From the NCBI GenBank assembly GCA_000004985.1, contig GG738860.1: a stretch of DNA of 64,000 nucleotides. One strand, 5' to 3'. Origin of the DNA: Naegleria gruberi (lineage: Eukaryota). Position 1 is the stretch's first letter, and each line of letters begins with the position of its first letter. The translations under genes were made by a program, and so were the position numbers. This document shows positions 52,471 to 63,625 of this stretch, one piece after another. The notes under the pieces are model-generated. The model did not search any database. It had not been told where the DNA came from and saw nothing but the letters and a program-made list of their open reading frames with translations.

Positions 52471-52587
52471 ATTTTAAATAATTCAGTGACTTGTTGAATG
52501 GTTTCGGAAGAAGATCCTGTGTATTAAGTTTAGACTTATTTTTTCTAATAATTTACAATGAAATATTTAGTTATTCGAATAGATACC

Positions 52588-53853
52588 TTAGAATACACCA
52601 AATTTATATTGAGGAGGTATTGGAATGTCGTAACCCAATTCCTTCGCAGCTCTGATTGGCCAATATGGATCACCCAAATCCTTTCTTCCAATAAATACTA
52701 AATCAGCTTTTCCTTCTGTCAATATTTGATTGGCTTGTACTGGTTCAGTAATTTTACCAACAGCTGCCACAGGCATTACTTGTCTAACCCTTTCTGCATA
52801 TTTCACTTGATACATTGGAAATGCCATGAGAGCTTGGGATAGTAATCTTGATGAATTACCTCCTGATGAACAGTCAATTATATCAACTCCCAAATCTTTC
52901 AAAATTTCAGCTAACCTCACACTATCCTCAATATCCCAACCATCACTCACATACTCATCACATGATATTCTTACAAATAGAGGCATTGTCTCTGGAATGC
53001 AACTTCTTACTCGACTAACAATTTCAGTTAGAATTCTTATACGATTCTCAAAAGAACCACCAAATTTGTCTTTTCTCTTATTAGATGTTGGTGATAAGAA
53101 GGAATTAATCATATAACCATGAGCTGCATGTATCTCAATCACATCAAAACCAGCCAAGACAGCTCTCTTAGCAGCAGCTACAAAGTCTTCAATCAATTCT
53201 TCCACCTCATCTTCAGTCAACTCTCTCGGAACTCTATGTGATTCATCAAATGCAATTGGAGAAGGTCCAACCACTTCCCATCCTCCTTCTTCATCACTTA
53301 ATGCAGTTCTTCCTAGGGCTTCCCACAATGCACGTGTTGAACCTTTTCTCCCAGAATGAGCCAACTGAATACCAATATGTCCACCTTGTTCATGAGCTAA
53401 ATCCGTAATCTGTTTCAACATTTCCACATGTTCGTCCTTGTAAATTCCCAAACAATGAGGAGTAATTCTTCCAATTTCAGAAACAGCAGATGCCTCCACT
53501 ATAAACAAGCCAGCACCACCTACCACTCTACTGCCAATATGTTGCACATGCCACAGATTAGCAAAACCATCCTTGCTAGAATAGGTACACATTGGAGAAA
53601 CTACAATTCTATTCTTCAAAGTCAATCCTCTAATTGTGTAAGGTTGAAATAACATTGGAGTGTCTGAGGAGGGCATGATTGCCTTTTTGGCTTCTGCCAA
53701 TCCTGTTAGAGCTTGAATAATAACACCAACCCAGTTGACCATGATGACGAAGATGTGAAGAGAATTTTTTCTAATAGTTTTTTCATGCTTGCTGAATATT
53801 TGTTGGACTTGAACAAAAGTGGTGCGAATTAATGCGAAGAACACCCCGTCCAA
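52588..53853 (-). CDS. NADH:flavin oxidoreductase of the old-yellow-enzyme family (YqjM/thermophilic-like class)
   Basis: 'LFQPYTIRGLTLKNRIVVSPMCTYSS', 'GLFIVEASAVSEIGRIT', 'IGIQLAHSGRK', 'IEIHAAHGYMINSFLSP' and a C-terminal 'IPIPPQYKFG' closely match bacterial YqjM-type OYEs. It is intronless. The true start is probably an internal Met (for example the ATG at about 53676, 'MPSSDTPMLF'). The upstream 60 codons may be a targeting extension or read-through. Confidence 0.75.
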   Translation of the reverse strand: MDGVFFALIRTTFVQVQQIFSKHEKTIRKNSLHIFVIMVNWVGVIIQALTGLAEAKKAIMPSSDTPMLFQPYTIRGLTLKNRIVVSPMCTYSSKDGFANLWHVQHIGSRVVGGAGLFIVEASAVSEIGRITPHCLGIYKDEHVEMLKQITDLAHEQGGHIGIQLAHSGRKGSTRALWEALGRTALSDEEGGWEVVGPSPIAFDESHRVPRELTEDEVEELIEDFVAAAKRAVLAGFDVIEIHAAHGYMINSFLSPTSNKRKDKFGGSFENRIRILTEIVSRVRSCIPETMPLFVRISCDEYVSDGWDIEDSVRLAEILKDLGVDIIDCSSGGNSSRLLSQALMAFPMYQVKYAERVRQVMPVAAVGKITEPVQANQILTEGKADLVFIGRKDLGDPYWPIRAAKELGYDIPIPPQYKFGVF

Positions 53854-54015
53854 TGAATCCGATCCTTAAATTGACAATTTTGTGCATTCTTCAAGCTCAA
53901 TATTTCGTATTTTGTGTTTTACAAATCCTCAAGATGCTAAACAAAGATAATAATATTTGCATTCACCTCTACTTAATAATATGGTGTTGTTGCGATCCTT
54001 TTTTAATAGAAAAAA
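53854..54015. promoter_or_regulatory. Short (about 160 bp) bidirectional promoter region between OYE (-) and MetRS (+)
   Basis: Two divergent start codons about 160 bp apart. The interval is AT-rich and non-coding. Confidence 0.35.
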
Positions 54016-55926
54016 ATGTTTAGACAAGCTTGTTCTTCATTGCTCTCATCATCTTTGCCAACAAAAACAACAAGAGCAAATTATTATTACAATAGGAGAT
54101 TGAATAATTCCTCTCTATTGAAATCCATCATTCAATACAATACCTTCTCTACATGTCTCTCACAAAATAATGCCTCGGAGAAGAAAACCAAATCATCAGC
54201 AGCAGCAACAACAACAGGAGGATTAATTACAACACCAATTTATTATGTAAATGGACCACCACATATTGGACATTTATTTACAACTATCCTCTCCGATTCC
54301 ATCTATTTGTACCATAAACAATTGAAGAATCGTCATGATATGATCTTTTCCACTGGTACTGATGAGCATGGTAGTAAAGTGCAAAGAACAGCCATTAAAA
54401 ATCTTCCCAATCAAAATACTTTGGATGATGAAACTATTAACAAGTCGTGTGTTGAATTTTGTGAGAAAATTTCTGAAACATTCAAGACCATGATGAAGGA
54501 TTTTAATATTCAATATACTCACTATTTAAGAACAAGTGCCACAAGGGAACATAGAGAAACAGTGGAAAGAGTTTGGAAGGAATTGGAAAAACGAGGAGAT
54601 ATTTATTTGGGAGAATATCAGGGATGGTATTGTACTACTGATGAAGCTTTCACAACAGATATTGAACAAGTTAAAATTACCAATGAAAAGGGAGAGGAAG
54701 AATTAGTGACATTGAGTAAAGCTTCAGGAAATAGATGTGAATTCGTGACTGAAAAGAATTATAAATTCAGATTGAGCAAATATATGGATAGAATTCAACA
54801 ATGGTTGGAAGAAAATCCAAATACAGTCAAACCAAAGGAAAGATACAATGAATTGATGGAATTAATTAAGAAGGAGAAGGAAAGAAGTCCAGAATCTCTC
54901 GATTTAAGTATTTCTAGAACAAGAGATCGTGTACAGTGGGGTATTCCAGTTCCAGATGATTCGGAACATACAATTTATGTTTGGCTTGATGCTTTGACAA
55001 ATTATCTTACTGCTGGTTCCACTCTCGCTAATGAATCACTCAATTGGCCACCAACTGTCCAAATTATTGGAAAAGACATTCTCAAATTCCATGGTATTTA
55101 CTGGCCTGCTTTTTTGATGGCTCTTGGAAAGGAACTTCCTGAAACCATTCTTGTTCACTCATATTGGCTTGTCAATGATGTAAAAATGTCCAAGTCTTTA
55201 GGCAATGTTGTATCACCATATGATTTGTTGAATCAAACTGGTGTTGAACATGACTTGTTACGTTACTATTTATTGAGTGAAGCTGTACTCAGTAATGATA
55301 GTAGTTTCAGTATGGTTAGATTCCCTGTTAAGGTGAATGAATTGGCTGATATTTTCGGAAATTTATTGACCAGAGCTTTTAATAAGAAATTCCATGCTGA
55401 AGAGGGAGAAATTCAATACAGAAATCTTCAATTTGATTGCCCTAATGCCGAACAAAATCCAAATCAAACTGCTCAAGAACTTATTGAATTACTCAATGAT
55501 TTACAAGAACAAGTTAGAAATGCCTATGAAGAAAGATGTGAAGTGAGATTTGCCAATCTTGCAGCCACAAAGATTTTAAAGAAGTGTAATCAATTATTTG
55601 ATGAAGTTAAACCATGGATTCTTGTTAAGGATGCAGTGGCTAATGCTCAACAAATTGAGGAGTTAATGTTTCTTGTTGCTGAAACTTTGAGAAACTGTTC
55701 TATTGCCCTTTACCCAGTTTTACCTCACAAGATGAATCAATCATTGAGCTTTTTCAATCAGTCCACACCATTGTTGGAAGATATTGGTTTCTGTAAGAAG
55801 GGTACTTCTATTCGCGTCAAATCCAATCCAGAAATCCTTTTCAAAAAGATAGAGGAAGTAAAACAACAAGAACATTCATCAAGAGGAAGAGGAAAGAACA
55901 AGGAAAAGAATGCTGAAAAGAAATAA
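54016..55926 (+). CDS. Methionyl-tRNA synthetase, mitochondrial type
   Basis: Class I signatures 'PHIGHL' (HIGH) and 'KMSKSLGN' (KMSKS). There is an N-terminal presequence-like Ser/Arg-rich extension ('MFRQACSSLLSSSLPTKTTRANYYYNRRL'). It is a single exon of 636 aa. Confidence 0.9.
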   Translation: MFRQACSSLLSSSLPTKTTRANYYYNRRLNNSSLLKSIIQYNTFSTCLSQNNASEKKTKSSAAATTTGGLITTPIYYVNGPPHIGHLFTTILSDSIYLYHKQLKNRHDMIFSTGTDEHGSKVQRTAIKNLPNQNTLDDETINKSCVEFCEKISETFKTMMKDFNIQYTHYLRTSATREHRETVERVWKELEKRGDIYLGEYQGWYCTTDEAFTTDIEQVKITNEKGEEELVTLSKASGNRCEFVTEKNYKFRLSKYMDRIQQWLEENPNTVKPKERYNELMELIKKEKERSPESLDLSISRTRDRVQWGIPVPDDSEHTIYVWLDALTNYLTAGSTLANESLNWPPTVQIIGKDILKFHGIYWPAFLMALGKELPETILVHSYWLVNDVKMSKSLGNVVSPYDLLNQTGVEHDLLRYYLLSEAVLSNDSSFSMVRFPVKVNELADIFGNLLTRAFNKKFHAEEGEIQYRNLQFDCPNAEQNPNQTAQELIELLNDLQEQVRNAYEERCEVRFANLAATKILKKCNQLFDEVKPWILVKDAVANAQQIEELMFLVAETLRNCSIALYPVLPHKMNQSLSFFNQSTPLLEDIGFCKKGTSIRVKSNPEILFKKIEEVKQQEHSSRGRGKNKEKNAEKK

Positions 55927-55945
55927 TATATCAGATTCAGTAAAT

Positions 55946-58900
55946 TTATTGGTTGTTTGAAAGAACAAAGTAGCTGTTTCTGCACTTGACAGCAGCCTTT
56001 CTGACCTTTCTCTTCTTATCGTCCAAGCATGCTTCTAAACCTTTAATAATGTCCTTCTTTAAAGGATAAATTTCATAATACTTGTATCCGTTAGTGAGCT
56101 CCAATAATGCCTCAACTGAGAGTATTCTTACTGCTTGGGATTTTTTGAATTTACAGGTATCAAGAAGGATTGGAACAATTGATGACAAGTGGACAGACAT
56201 TTCTTCCTTGGCATCTGATAATAAAGTTAAAGTAGTCTTGATTGCTGCATACAATAAATCTTCCGAATTATTGTCTTGCTCTATCAGAATTTGCCTCATT
56301 TCCAAAAACTTTAAAACAATAGGGAAAATATTCTTAACCTCACTGAGAATAACCTTTGTTGGCACATTATGAATTAAATTAGATAATGCTAAAAGAATGG
56401 AGCCAATGATATGTGGTTGGGTTACTGTGTTAATAGAGTCCATCAACTTTCTCACATTGGTGGCAAAGAAACGTTGTTTGTACAAGACTTGAATAATGGC
56501 ATGATTTTCCTTGTGGATGGATGTTTCATCCTCTCCAATAGCAATCAGAAAACCTTCAGCAACCTTCTTATTAACCTTTGAACTATTATATTCAAAGACG
56601 AGAGAACCACACAACAATGAAGAGTACCTGTCTGCGTGAGGAACATAGGCTCCTCTCATGACCAATCCTTTCAAAATCCACGATACCATCTCAATGTATC
56701 TTTCAGCACTCTCACTATCTCCATTATATACGGTAAGCATTTGTGAAAAAGCATCAAACACTGTGGCATTACAAATTGTAATCAATTGTTGGAATTCAGT
56801 AGAATCCAAAGGCAACTTGTTTAATACTGAACCAACAAGTTGGGCAATACATTTGGTGACCTGGCTAGGTTGTTCTCCCTTCAATGCCATTTGTAATAAA
56901 GAATCCGTCATTGTTATCAAATTACCCATTCCAACAGTTGGTCTGCATGCTATTACAATAGCAGATAAAACTGAAATAAAGTTTTTAAGTCCAGTGCTAG
57001 GAACTGAATTGGCATATTGTAAAACACTATCCAGTACAACTTGTTGTAATTCATTTTCCAAAGATCTACCCAATAAAAGTGTCAAGAAGGAGAAATTTCC
57101 TTGATTGTGATGAACATGTGCACATTCTGAATCACTGCAATCCATTGTATCAGAATCGTCAACCATTTGTGAGGATGAATCAGTAACTGACATTTTAACA
57201 ATTCTTTGAATATAAGAAACCTTATCATGGGCTGGTATCAGTGATACGTCCAACGAGGTAATAGTCTCAAAAACTTTCACTCTCTCGTGCTCATAATGAG
57301 ATTCAGAAATTGGAATGCTTTCAATTCTCTCGAATAGTCTATGTGTAATGGAAGGTGTCATGGATGGACATACCTTTCCAACTGCTGAAATATTAGAAAG
57401 AATACGATTAATATGTTCAGACTTATTTTCACAACCATACAATGCACCGAAAAGTGGTACCAAAATATCTTCGCTAACAATATCTGGAGCATATTTGTAA
57501 ATCCAAGCAATATCCTTAATGACTCTTTCCTTATACTCTTCCAGTGAAGTGGCATGCAGTAAACTGAAAGATTTGTTTTCTTCACCGTACGATTTGAGGA
57601 GTATCCTTGAAACATAGATATCCCTCAACAATGTAGATGGTATTCTGAAAATGGCAATTCTTGAAATAGTTTCGACCATGACTAGGATCATTTCCTTGTC
57701 ATTCTTTGAAAATTCCTCTTCATAAATGGATAAAAATACTGTCTGTACTTGGCTAATAAGATTGAATACAACTTCTGGAAGTTGATTCTCACCTTTTTGT
57801 TCTGCAACAGCTTGCAAGAGTTGTGTTATCATGAGTAAACTTCCATATAACTTATCCTTGGTATCAGATTCACTCAGAGTAGCAACCAATTCAGGCATTA
57901 CTCTATTAAATACCATCATGGAAATTTCAAATGTTGGAACAGCGCAAGCATAAATCATTCTGGCATATTGAGCTGCAAACTTTGGTTCTTTTGACTTGAG
58001 TTCCAATAGGGCAGTACGTAAAATAGCTTCAATATTTGGAATGTCAAATGGTTTGTTACTTGGATCGTTTGGAATGATAACTATTCTTGCAATCTTGGTG
58101 ATGGATTCATAGCACTTCTTCATGACATCCATAGAGTTGGTTTTGACTGATTCAGCCTTGATGTATGACCAAATTTCTGTCAAATATTCTCTACTATTTA
58201 CTTCTCCAAATTTCTCAATGCAATAACACAAATAGTCCAATGTCTCTAACTTGGTATCGACGAGATCACTAGAAAGCTTTTCCAAAAGGAATGGAAATAG
58301 TGTAGGTGCAAAGAATTTGTTGCACCCAAAACAAAGTTTCAAACTCCTAGATAAATCCTCTCTGGTTATTCCTCTTGTATCATTTGCTGGTGGTGTATAG
58401 GTAATTGGGAAATAACAACTAGTAATGTCAAACAAGTCATCAGATACTGCTGATAATATTTTAGAGCTCAGTTCAGAGTCATCAAATATAGCAATAACTT
58501 TAGGAATCAAATTGAAACAGTATAATAAATTGCCAGGATCTCTTTCACCTTCCAATGATTGAATAAAACCATTCAAAAAGTCAATTGTTCGAACAATGGA
58601 AGGAAATCTGTCTGCCAATAGAGAAAACCATTCAAAGCACAAACTTCTAGTTTTTGTTGCATGAGCCACACCTGAAGTACTTCCAATTGATTGAATATTG
58701 ACATTTTCAAAGAATTGAAGAACTACATTAATAGCTTGCTCACTTGAAATGTATGAACTCCACTTTTTAAATAAAGAAAACAAGCATGGTAATAATGTAG
58801 CTAGACAATCAAAATCATAAAATCTATCACCAATAAATCTCAAAAGACTTGCTACCAGCTTGAGTTGTGTTGTTTGTTTTGTTTCATCAGTTTCACTTCC

Positions 58901-59158
58901 TACATTATTTGGTATATTTTCTAATATCAAATCCAAGACAGCATAAGCTGCTCCTCTAATTCGATCATCAGTAGCATGATTCAAGTATTCTCCCAATAAT
59001 TTAATTCCTTCATTGATCGTTAATGTTCCATTCACTACAAATTCTATTAATTTACTTTTAAGAGACTCCTTGTTGGTGTTCGGAAGAGTTGGATTGCACA
59101 AACTATCAATCAGTGAAATCAATTCTTGTTCTCCATTGCTGTTGGATGATGTTTGCAT
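55946..59158 (-). CDS. MMS19: MMS19 homolog (cytosolic Fe-S assembly targeting complex / NER-associated HEAT-repeat protein)
   Basis: 1070-aa all-helical HEAT-repeat protein. The C-terminal block 'KRKVRKAAVKCRNSYFVL' resembles the conserved MMS19 C-terminus ('VRKEAV.ARGEWFLL'). N-terminal MMS19-like repeats are also present. It is a single exon. Confidence 0.6.
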   Translation of the reverse strand: MQTSSNSNGEQELISLIDSLCNPTLPNTNKESLKSKLIEFVVNGTLTINEGIKLLGEYLNHATDDRIRGAAYAVLDLILENIPNNVGSETDETKQTTQLKLVASLLRFIGDRFYDFDCLATLLPCLFSLFKKWSSYISSEQAINVVLQFFENVNIQSIGSTSGVAHATKTRSLCFEWFSLLADRFPSIVRTIDFLNGFIQSLEGERDPGNLLYCFNLIPKVIAIFDDSELSSKILSAVSDDLFDITSCYFPITYTPPANDTRGITREDLSRSLKLCFGCNKFFAPTLFPFLLEKLSSDLVDTKLETLDYLCYCIEKFGEVNSREYLTEIWSYIKAESVKTNSMDVMKKCYESITKIARIVIIPNDPSNKPFDIPNIEAILRTALLELKSKEPKFAAQYARMIYACAVPTFEISMMVFNRVMPELVATLSESDTKDKLYGSLLMITQLLQAVAEQKGENQLPEVVFNLISQVQTVFLSIYEEEFSKNDKEMILVMVETISRIAIFRIPSTLLRDIYVSRILLKSYGEENKSFSLLHATSLEEYKERVIKDIAWIYKYAPDIVSEDILVPLFGALYGCENKSEHINRILSNISAVGKVCPSMTPSITHRLFERIESIPISESHYEHERVKVFETITSLDVSLIPAHDKVSYIQRIVKMSVTDSSSQMVDDSDTMDCSDSECAHVHHNQGNFSFLTLLLGRSLENELQQVVLDSVLQYANSVPSTGLKNFISVLSAIVIACRPTVGMGNLITMTDSLLQMALKGEQPSQVTKCIAQLVGSVLNKLPLDSTEFQQLITICNATVFDAFSQMLTVYNGDSESAERYIEMVSWILKGLVMRGAYVPHADRYSSLLCGSLVFEYNSSKVNKKVAEGFLIAIGEDETSIHKENHAIIQVLYKQRFFATNVRKLMDSINTVTQPHIIGSILLALSNLIHNVPTKVILSEVKNIFPIVLKFLEMRQILIEQDNNSEDLLYAAIKTTLTLLSDAKEEMSVHLSSIVPILLDTCKFKKSQAVRILSVEALLELTNGYKYYEIYPLKKDIIKGLEACLDDKKRKVRKAAVKCRNSYFVLSNNQ

Positions 59159-59286
59159 TTTTTTGATTTTGCAAACAATGGAAGTCCGTGTTATTCTTTC
59201 ATGATTGTGCTGTACACAAGGATTTGAACAACATTTAAAGGTTGAATATTTAGGAAGCTATTGAAATATAATGTATTGAATTTTAA

Positions 59287-60600
59287 TTAAAAGGTTTTTG
59301 GAGTTAATTCTTCATCATCTTCCTCAGCACTTGCTTTCTTCTTCTTTTTCTTGGAGGCTTTCTTCTTTTTGGTGCTTGTAGATGCTGGGGGTTGAATAGC
59401 AAGAGAAGACCATTCATCACCTTGCACTTCTACAGTTTCGTGAAGTTGCTCTTGAGGTGATGTTGGAGAATCTGTAGGTGCTACAACAGGTGTTGTTATG
59501 TCTGTAGTGATGATGGCTTCACTTTCAGTGGTTATTGATTGTTCTTCTGTTGTTGTTGGAAGGGTTGGAACACTATCTGTTGGATCCATACTTGGTGCTT
59601 CTTGTTGCTCTGGAATTGTTGTGGATGTTAATAATTCATTTGTTGTGCATTGAATAGTTGGAGATGATTCCTCTGTTTTAGCTTCTTCTTGTGGAGTGAC
59701 AGGTTGTTGTGTTTCTTCTTCTTCTTGAATTGCTACTGGTTGTTCTGCTTCTACTTGTTGTTTTGGTTCATCCAGGATGAGTGGAGTAGAATTGGCCACT
59801 GTCAGAATGGTATTGTTCTTACCACTGACACTTCCATTATTACTTGATTGTCCACTCTTATTAGAGACATTGGCAACACTAGCAGTGGTACTCTTATTTG
59901 AAGCAGTGGCAACTTGTGCTTCGGAAGTTGTTGATTTTGATGAAGAAATGGCAGCTACTGTTGAATCTGTTACATTTGAAGGAGGATTTGATGTTGGTTG
60001 TACTGGGGAGGAAACAGCTGGAGTTGTTGCAGTGTGGAGTGATGAAATTGGTTGTTGAGGTTGTGTGGTAATGTTTGAAGGACGTGGTTGTTTTCTTGCT
60101 CCTTGTTGTTGAGTGTTTAGTTGTTGTACAAGTGGCACACTCACAAAATGGTTTTTCAATATCCGAATACTGTCTGAGAATATCCAAGGTGTGTTTGTGT
60201 TTATAGATTTACAGGCTAAGATCGCATAGTCGGCATCATAGATCTTTTCATTTACTTTCTTTGTTTTTAACATGTTCTGTTATTGTACAATAATATTTCC
60301 AATATTTTAATATAATATATAATTATTATTATAAAATAGATTATTGTTCAATAAAAGATTAATCCACAACAAACTTCCTACCTTTTGTTCAACCATCATT
60401 GGTACCTTTGTTCTTACGTGCTCCACAATTCTATACATTCCTACACTCGGTTCATTCATGATGTGATGAATATTCGAACTCCAAATATCACATAAATTTA
60501 AAACTGATTGTTTGGTATCAAGATCAAGAAAACGATCCGTAGAATCAGCAAGGGTTGGCACTGATCCCTTGTAGATTTCTCCTCTTGGTTGTCCTCTCAT
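59287..60600 (-). CDS. Hypothetical protein with a conserved-looking N-terminal domain and a Thr/Ser/Pro/Gln-rich tail, probably 2 exons
   Basis: ORF 60307-60600 ('MRGQPRGEIYKGSVPTLADSTDRFLDLDTKQSVLNLCDIWSS..') ends at a GTAGGA donor. An in-frame continuation after 'aataacag' leads into ORF 59287-60273 ('NMLKTKKVNEKIYDADYAILACK...'). Mucin-like T/S/P tract and acidic end. No family is assigned. Confidence 0.4.
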
Positions 60601-60699
60601 TTTTTAATATGAAAGATTTTTTGAGTTTTCTTTTAAGGGTTGAAACAATAATGTGTAGTAATAATGTGTATTCATTAACTACATTTTGAATTCAGTTTA

Positions 60700-63399
60700 T
60701 TACAAGATAACACAACCACCTCCTCCACCTCCACTGCTACTGGGTCTTGGGATGTTATTAATTTGAGTTCGGAGGTCTTGATTTTGTCTGGTTAGTTCAT
60801 CGAATTTTCTTTGAAATAATTCCTCCTGATTAGAATATTTGGAATGTATTTGAGCAACTTGGGAAGAGTATTCTTTCTTAATTTCTGTTTCTTTTTTGTC
60901 CCATTCCAATTTGAAATGGTTGAGGTCTTGTTCATGAGCTTGTTGCTGCTCTATTAAGGTATGTAAATGTTTTTCATTTTGCAGTTTCATATCTTCTAGT
61001 TCTTGTAAACGAGTAAGTTGTTCTGATTCGAGTTTGGTAATTTCAAGCCTTTGTTGTTCTTGTTCTAACATTTGTATTACCTTTTCGGATTCGTAATCCT
61101 GTAATTTGGATAAATAGTTAGCACATTCGACAGTTAAATTCTCAATATCTTGCAAAAGGTAAGTTCTAACTTGCTCTCTACCTGGACCTTTGCATTGAGC
61201 TTCGAATTGTTTCATTTGTCTTTCAGCCTCTTTCTCTAAATCTTGAACTGTGGCATCGTGGGTTAAAGCTCTAATAAAGAGTGATATATTTTGTTTCATT
61301 TCGGATCGTACTTGCTCGCACAACCTAACAGATTTGTCCATATTGTTACTTTCTATTTGGGATCTCTCTTTTTTAATTAATTCAAACAACTTGTCAGAAT
61401 ATTCTCTCAATATCTTTTCATCTTTTTCAAACATGGAGTCTCTGTTGAATATGTCAAGAATTGTTGCCCATGTTTTTGTGTGTTGTTTACGGATTTCACA
61501 AATTTCATAAATACTGTTACTGTTCAAATGTTTCTTCATTTCCCTTTCGTATAAATTTACACATTTTTCAATTGTCTTATTGTAGGTATTTTCAATTACC
61601 ATTGTAAATTTGTCCTCAATATTAGGAATCATTCCATGTGTTTTAATGGTTTTCAAATATAATAATATTAAAGTAACATAGCGAGTTCCATCTAATAAAC
61701 CTCCATTCATATTTTGTTTTGGTTTAATATTGGATGGAACGAAACTGTTAACAAAAGTAGACATTTCCTTAATGAAGTTAGCATTCAGTAAATGTTCTAC
61801 GTATGGAATATCAGGAACACAACCTGTAGCAGGTGCTTCCATATGATATGTATCAAAAGTTTCAAAAGATTCAATTACTTTTTTTCTTGAATCATTGTTG
61901 CAAACCTTATTCAAAATAAAGGAGGTAAGAGTCTTAAATTCAGCTGGTATATTCAATTTGAAATCTCTGAACAACCAAATACATCTTGGTTTCATATAAC
62001 TATTGCACTCCGTATTGTTTTGATTGGATGATTTCAATTGAATGTTTTGAGTGAATCTGGTGGTAATTTCAAGTGTCTCCATACTACTTGCTGTAGGACA
62101 AGTTGTGGTATTATAAATAAACAGAGATGATAGTAATACACTTAGAATCATAATGTGATTATCATCAGAAGCGTTAGCAGATGCTGCATCAACACCTTCA
62201 GTGTCTATCAATAAAACTTTCAATTTCTGATTGCCGTAGACCATTTCAATTGGCTCTGACCATATCCAAATTCCAAATGTTTTAGCTTCTACTGTGTGTC
62301 CTAAATGAAAGCTATCTGCAGGAACATTATCACCAACTAATCTACTAAGAGAGTATGATTTACCTTCCCTTGTTCTTCCAGCAAGTACAATTGCTCCAAT
62401 AGGCTCCTTGATATTTTTGATTATGTCAAGAGCTTGTTTCTGGAAGATTAAACCCTCTCTACGTCCGTTCTCTGATAACAGAATGTATTGACCATTGGGA
62501 GTGACCACCATATTTTTAGGAAGTAAGAGAGGAATTGCTTTACCGTGGAGTTTAACAACTTGAAAAGCAGGGTTTTGGGATGAGTTGTCTCCAGCAAATA
62601 CTAAAAGACCCCAATCGCCAAAATAATCCACGTTAACAACAATATTGTTTTCCATACAGAGGTAAATACTTTGATTTGTTGTAATATTTTCTCCAACATG
62701 ACATTGTCCATAAATGGTAAAGGTAGCATAATTTTTTTGATAATAGCCATTCTCAACTTCAAATCTATTAACATTTGGTGAAAGTACTAACTTTCTATGG
62801 ACTCTTGAAGAATAGATAAATACTGTATCTCCAGATTTAACAATACCATCTTTTGATTGATCATTAGCATTTACAAAATACAGTAGATCGTTTTCAGCAG
62901 AAAAGTGAGGGAGAGCTACTAATACATTTTGCTCCTTCAATCCCACATATAGATTGGTATTTGAGTTCATGATGGCTACTGGCTCTTTGTAAAATAAATT
63001 AGTATCTTTACACTTTTCAACAAATGGATCAAATATGCTATCTGAAACTAAATCAGGGTCTGCTTCCATTTCTTTAAGAATATCCTTTGAAGAGTTTGGT
63101 ACTTTGGAATCATTATCTATGGGTTGATCAAAGTCCATGTCAAGATAACTGAATGATTCGGCCAAATCTTCGAGACTATCATTAATAGCTTTTCTTTCTG
63201 AAGTATGAATGAAAGTGTAATATTCAATGGCGTCTTCAAGATGACCCATGCTATTTTGGATGGCTTCAAACACTAAATTCAAATCCGACAAATCCATTTC
63301 TATCATTCTCCAGAATGTTGAGGTGGCTAAATCGCAAGCTTCTTTTCCATACTCCTCAAAGTGTTTCTCGATTTTATCCAATACTGTGTGGTGATCCAT
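60700..63399 (-). CDS. Guanylate-binding-protein-like large GTPase (dynamin superfamily) with an N-terminal extension and a C-terminal CaaX box (CVIL)
   Basis: The central GBP GTPase domain is 'IGAIVLAGRTREGKSYSLSRLVG...FHLGHTVEAKTFGIWIWSEP...KVLLIDTEGVDAASANASDDNHIMILSVLLSSLFIYNT'. A helical middle domain and a C-terminal coiled coil follow. The protein ends '...SSSGGGGGGCVIL*', a geranylgeranylation-type CaaX. The first roughly 330 aa are an unassigned N-terminal domain. Confidence 0.8.
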   Translation of the reverse strand: MDHHTVLDKIEKHFEEYGKEACDLATSTFWRMIEMDLSDLNLVFEAIQNSMGHLEDAIEYYTFIHTSERKAINDSLEDLAESFSYLDMDFDQPIDNDSKVPNSSKDILKEMEADPDLVSDSIFDPFVEKCKDTNLFYKEPVAIMNSNTNLYVGLKEQNVLVALPHFSAENDLLYFVNANDQSKDGIVKSGDTVFIYSSRVHRKLVLSPNVNRFEVENGYYQKNYATFTIYGQCHVGENITTNQSIYLCMENNIVVNVDYFGDWGLLVFAGDNSSQNPAFQVVKLHGKAIPLLLPKNMVVTPNGQYILLSENGRREGLIFQKQALDIIKNIKEPIGAIVLAGRTREGKSYSLSRLVGDNVPADSFHLGHTVEAKTFGIWIWSEPIEMVYGNQKLKVLLIDTEGVDAASANASDDNHIMILSVLLSSLFIYNTTTCPTASSMETLEITTRFTQNIQLKSSNQNNTECNSYMKPRCIWLFRDFKLNIPAEFKTLTSFILNKVCNNDSRKKVIESFETFDTYHMEAPATGCVPDIPYVEHLLNANFIKEMSTFVNSFVPSNIKPKQNMNGGLLDGTRYVTLILLYLKTIKTHGMIPNIEDKFTMVIENTYNKTIEKCVNLYEREMKKHLNSNSIYEICEIRKQHTKTWATILDIFNRDSMFEKDEKILREYSDKLFELIKKERSQIESNNMDKSVRLCEQVRSEMKQNISLFIRALTHDATVQDLEKEAERQMKQFEAQCKGPGREQVRTYLLQDIENLTVECANYLSKLQDYESEKVIQMLEQEQQRLEITKLESEQLTRLQELEDMKLQNEKHLHTLIEQQQAHEQDLNHFKLEWDKKETEIKKEYSSQVAQIHSKYSNQEELFQRKFDELTRQNQDLRTQINNIPRPSSSGGGGGGCVIL

Positions 63400-63625
63400 C
63401 TAAATAGTTTTTTGTTGTTGGGTTGAAAAATTCTAAATTGTTTTCTCTTTTAAATTGCAAGCACCATCCGTTTTAATCAACAAAACGTGATTGTAGACTC
63501 AAATAAGTAACACTCATCACGTTTTACTAAACGAACAATACAACAGGGCGATCACGTTTCAGCATTTTTTAATATTTTTATTATTTTCAATTTTAAATTA
63601 AATGTGTTTAAATAATTATATTTAT

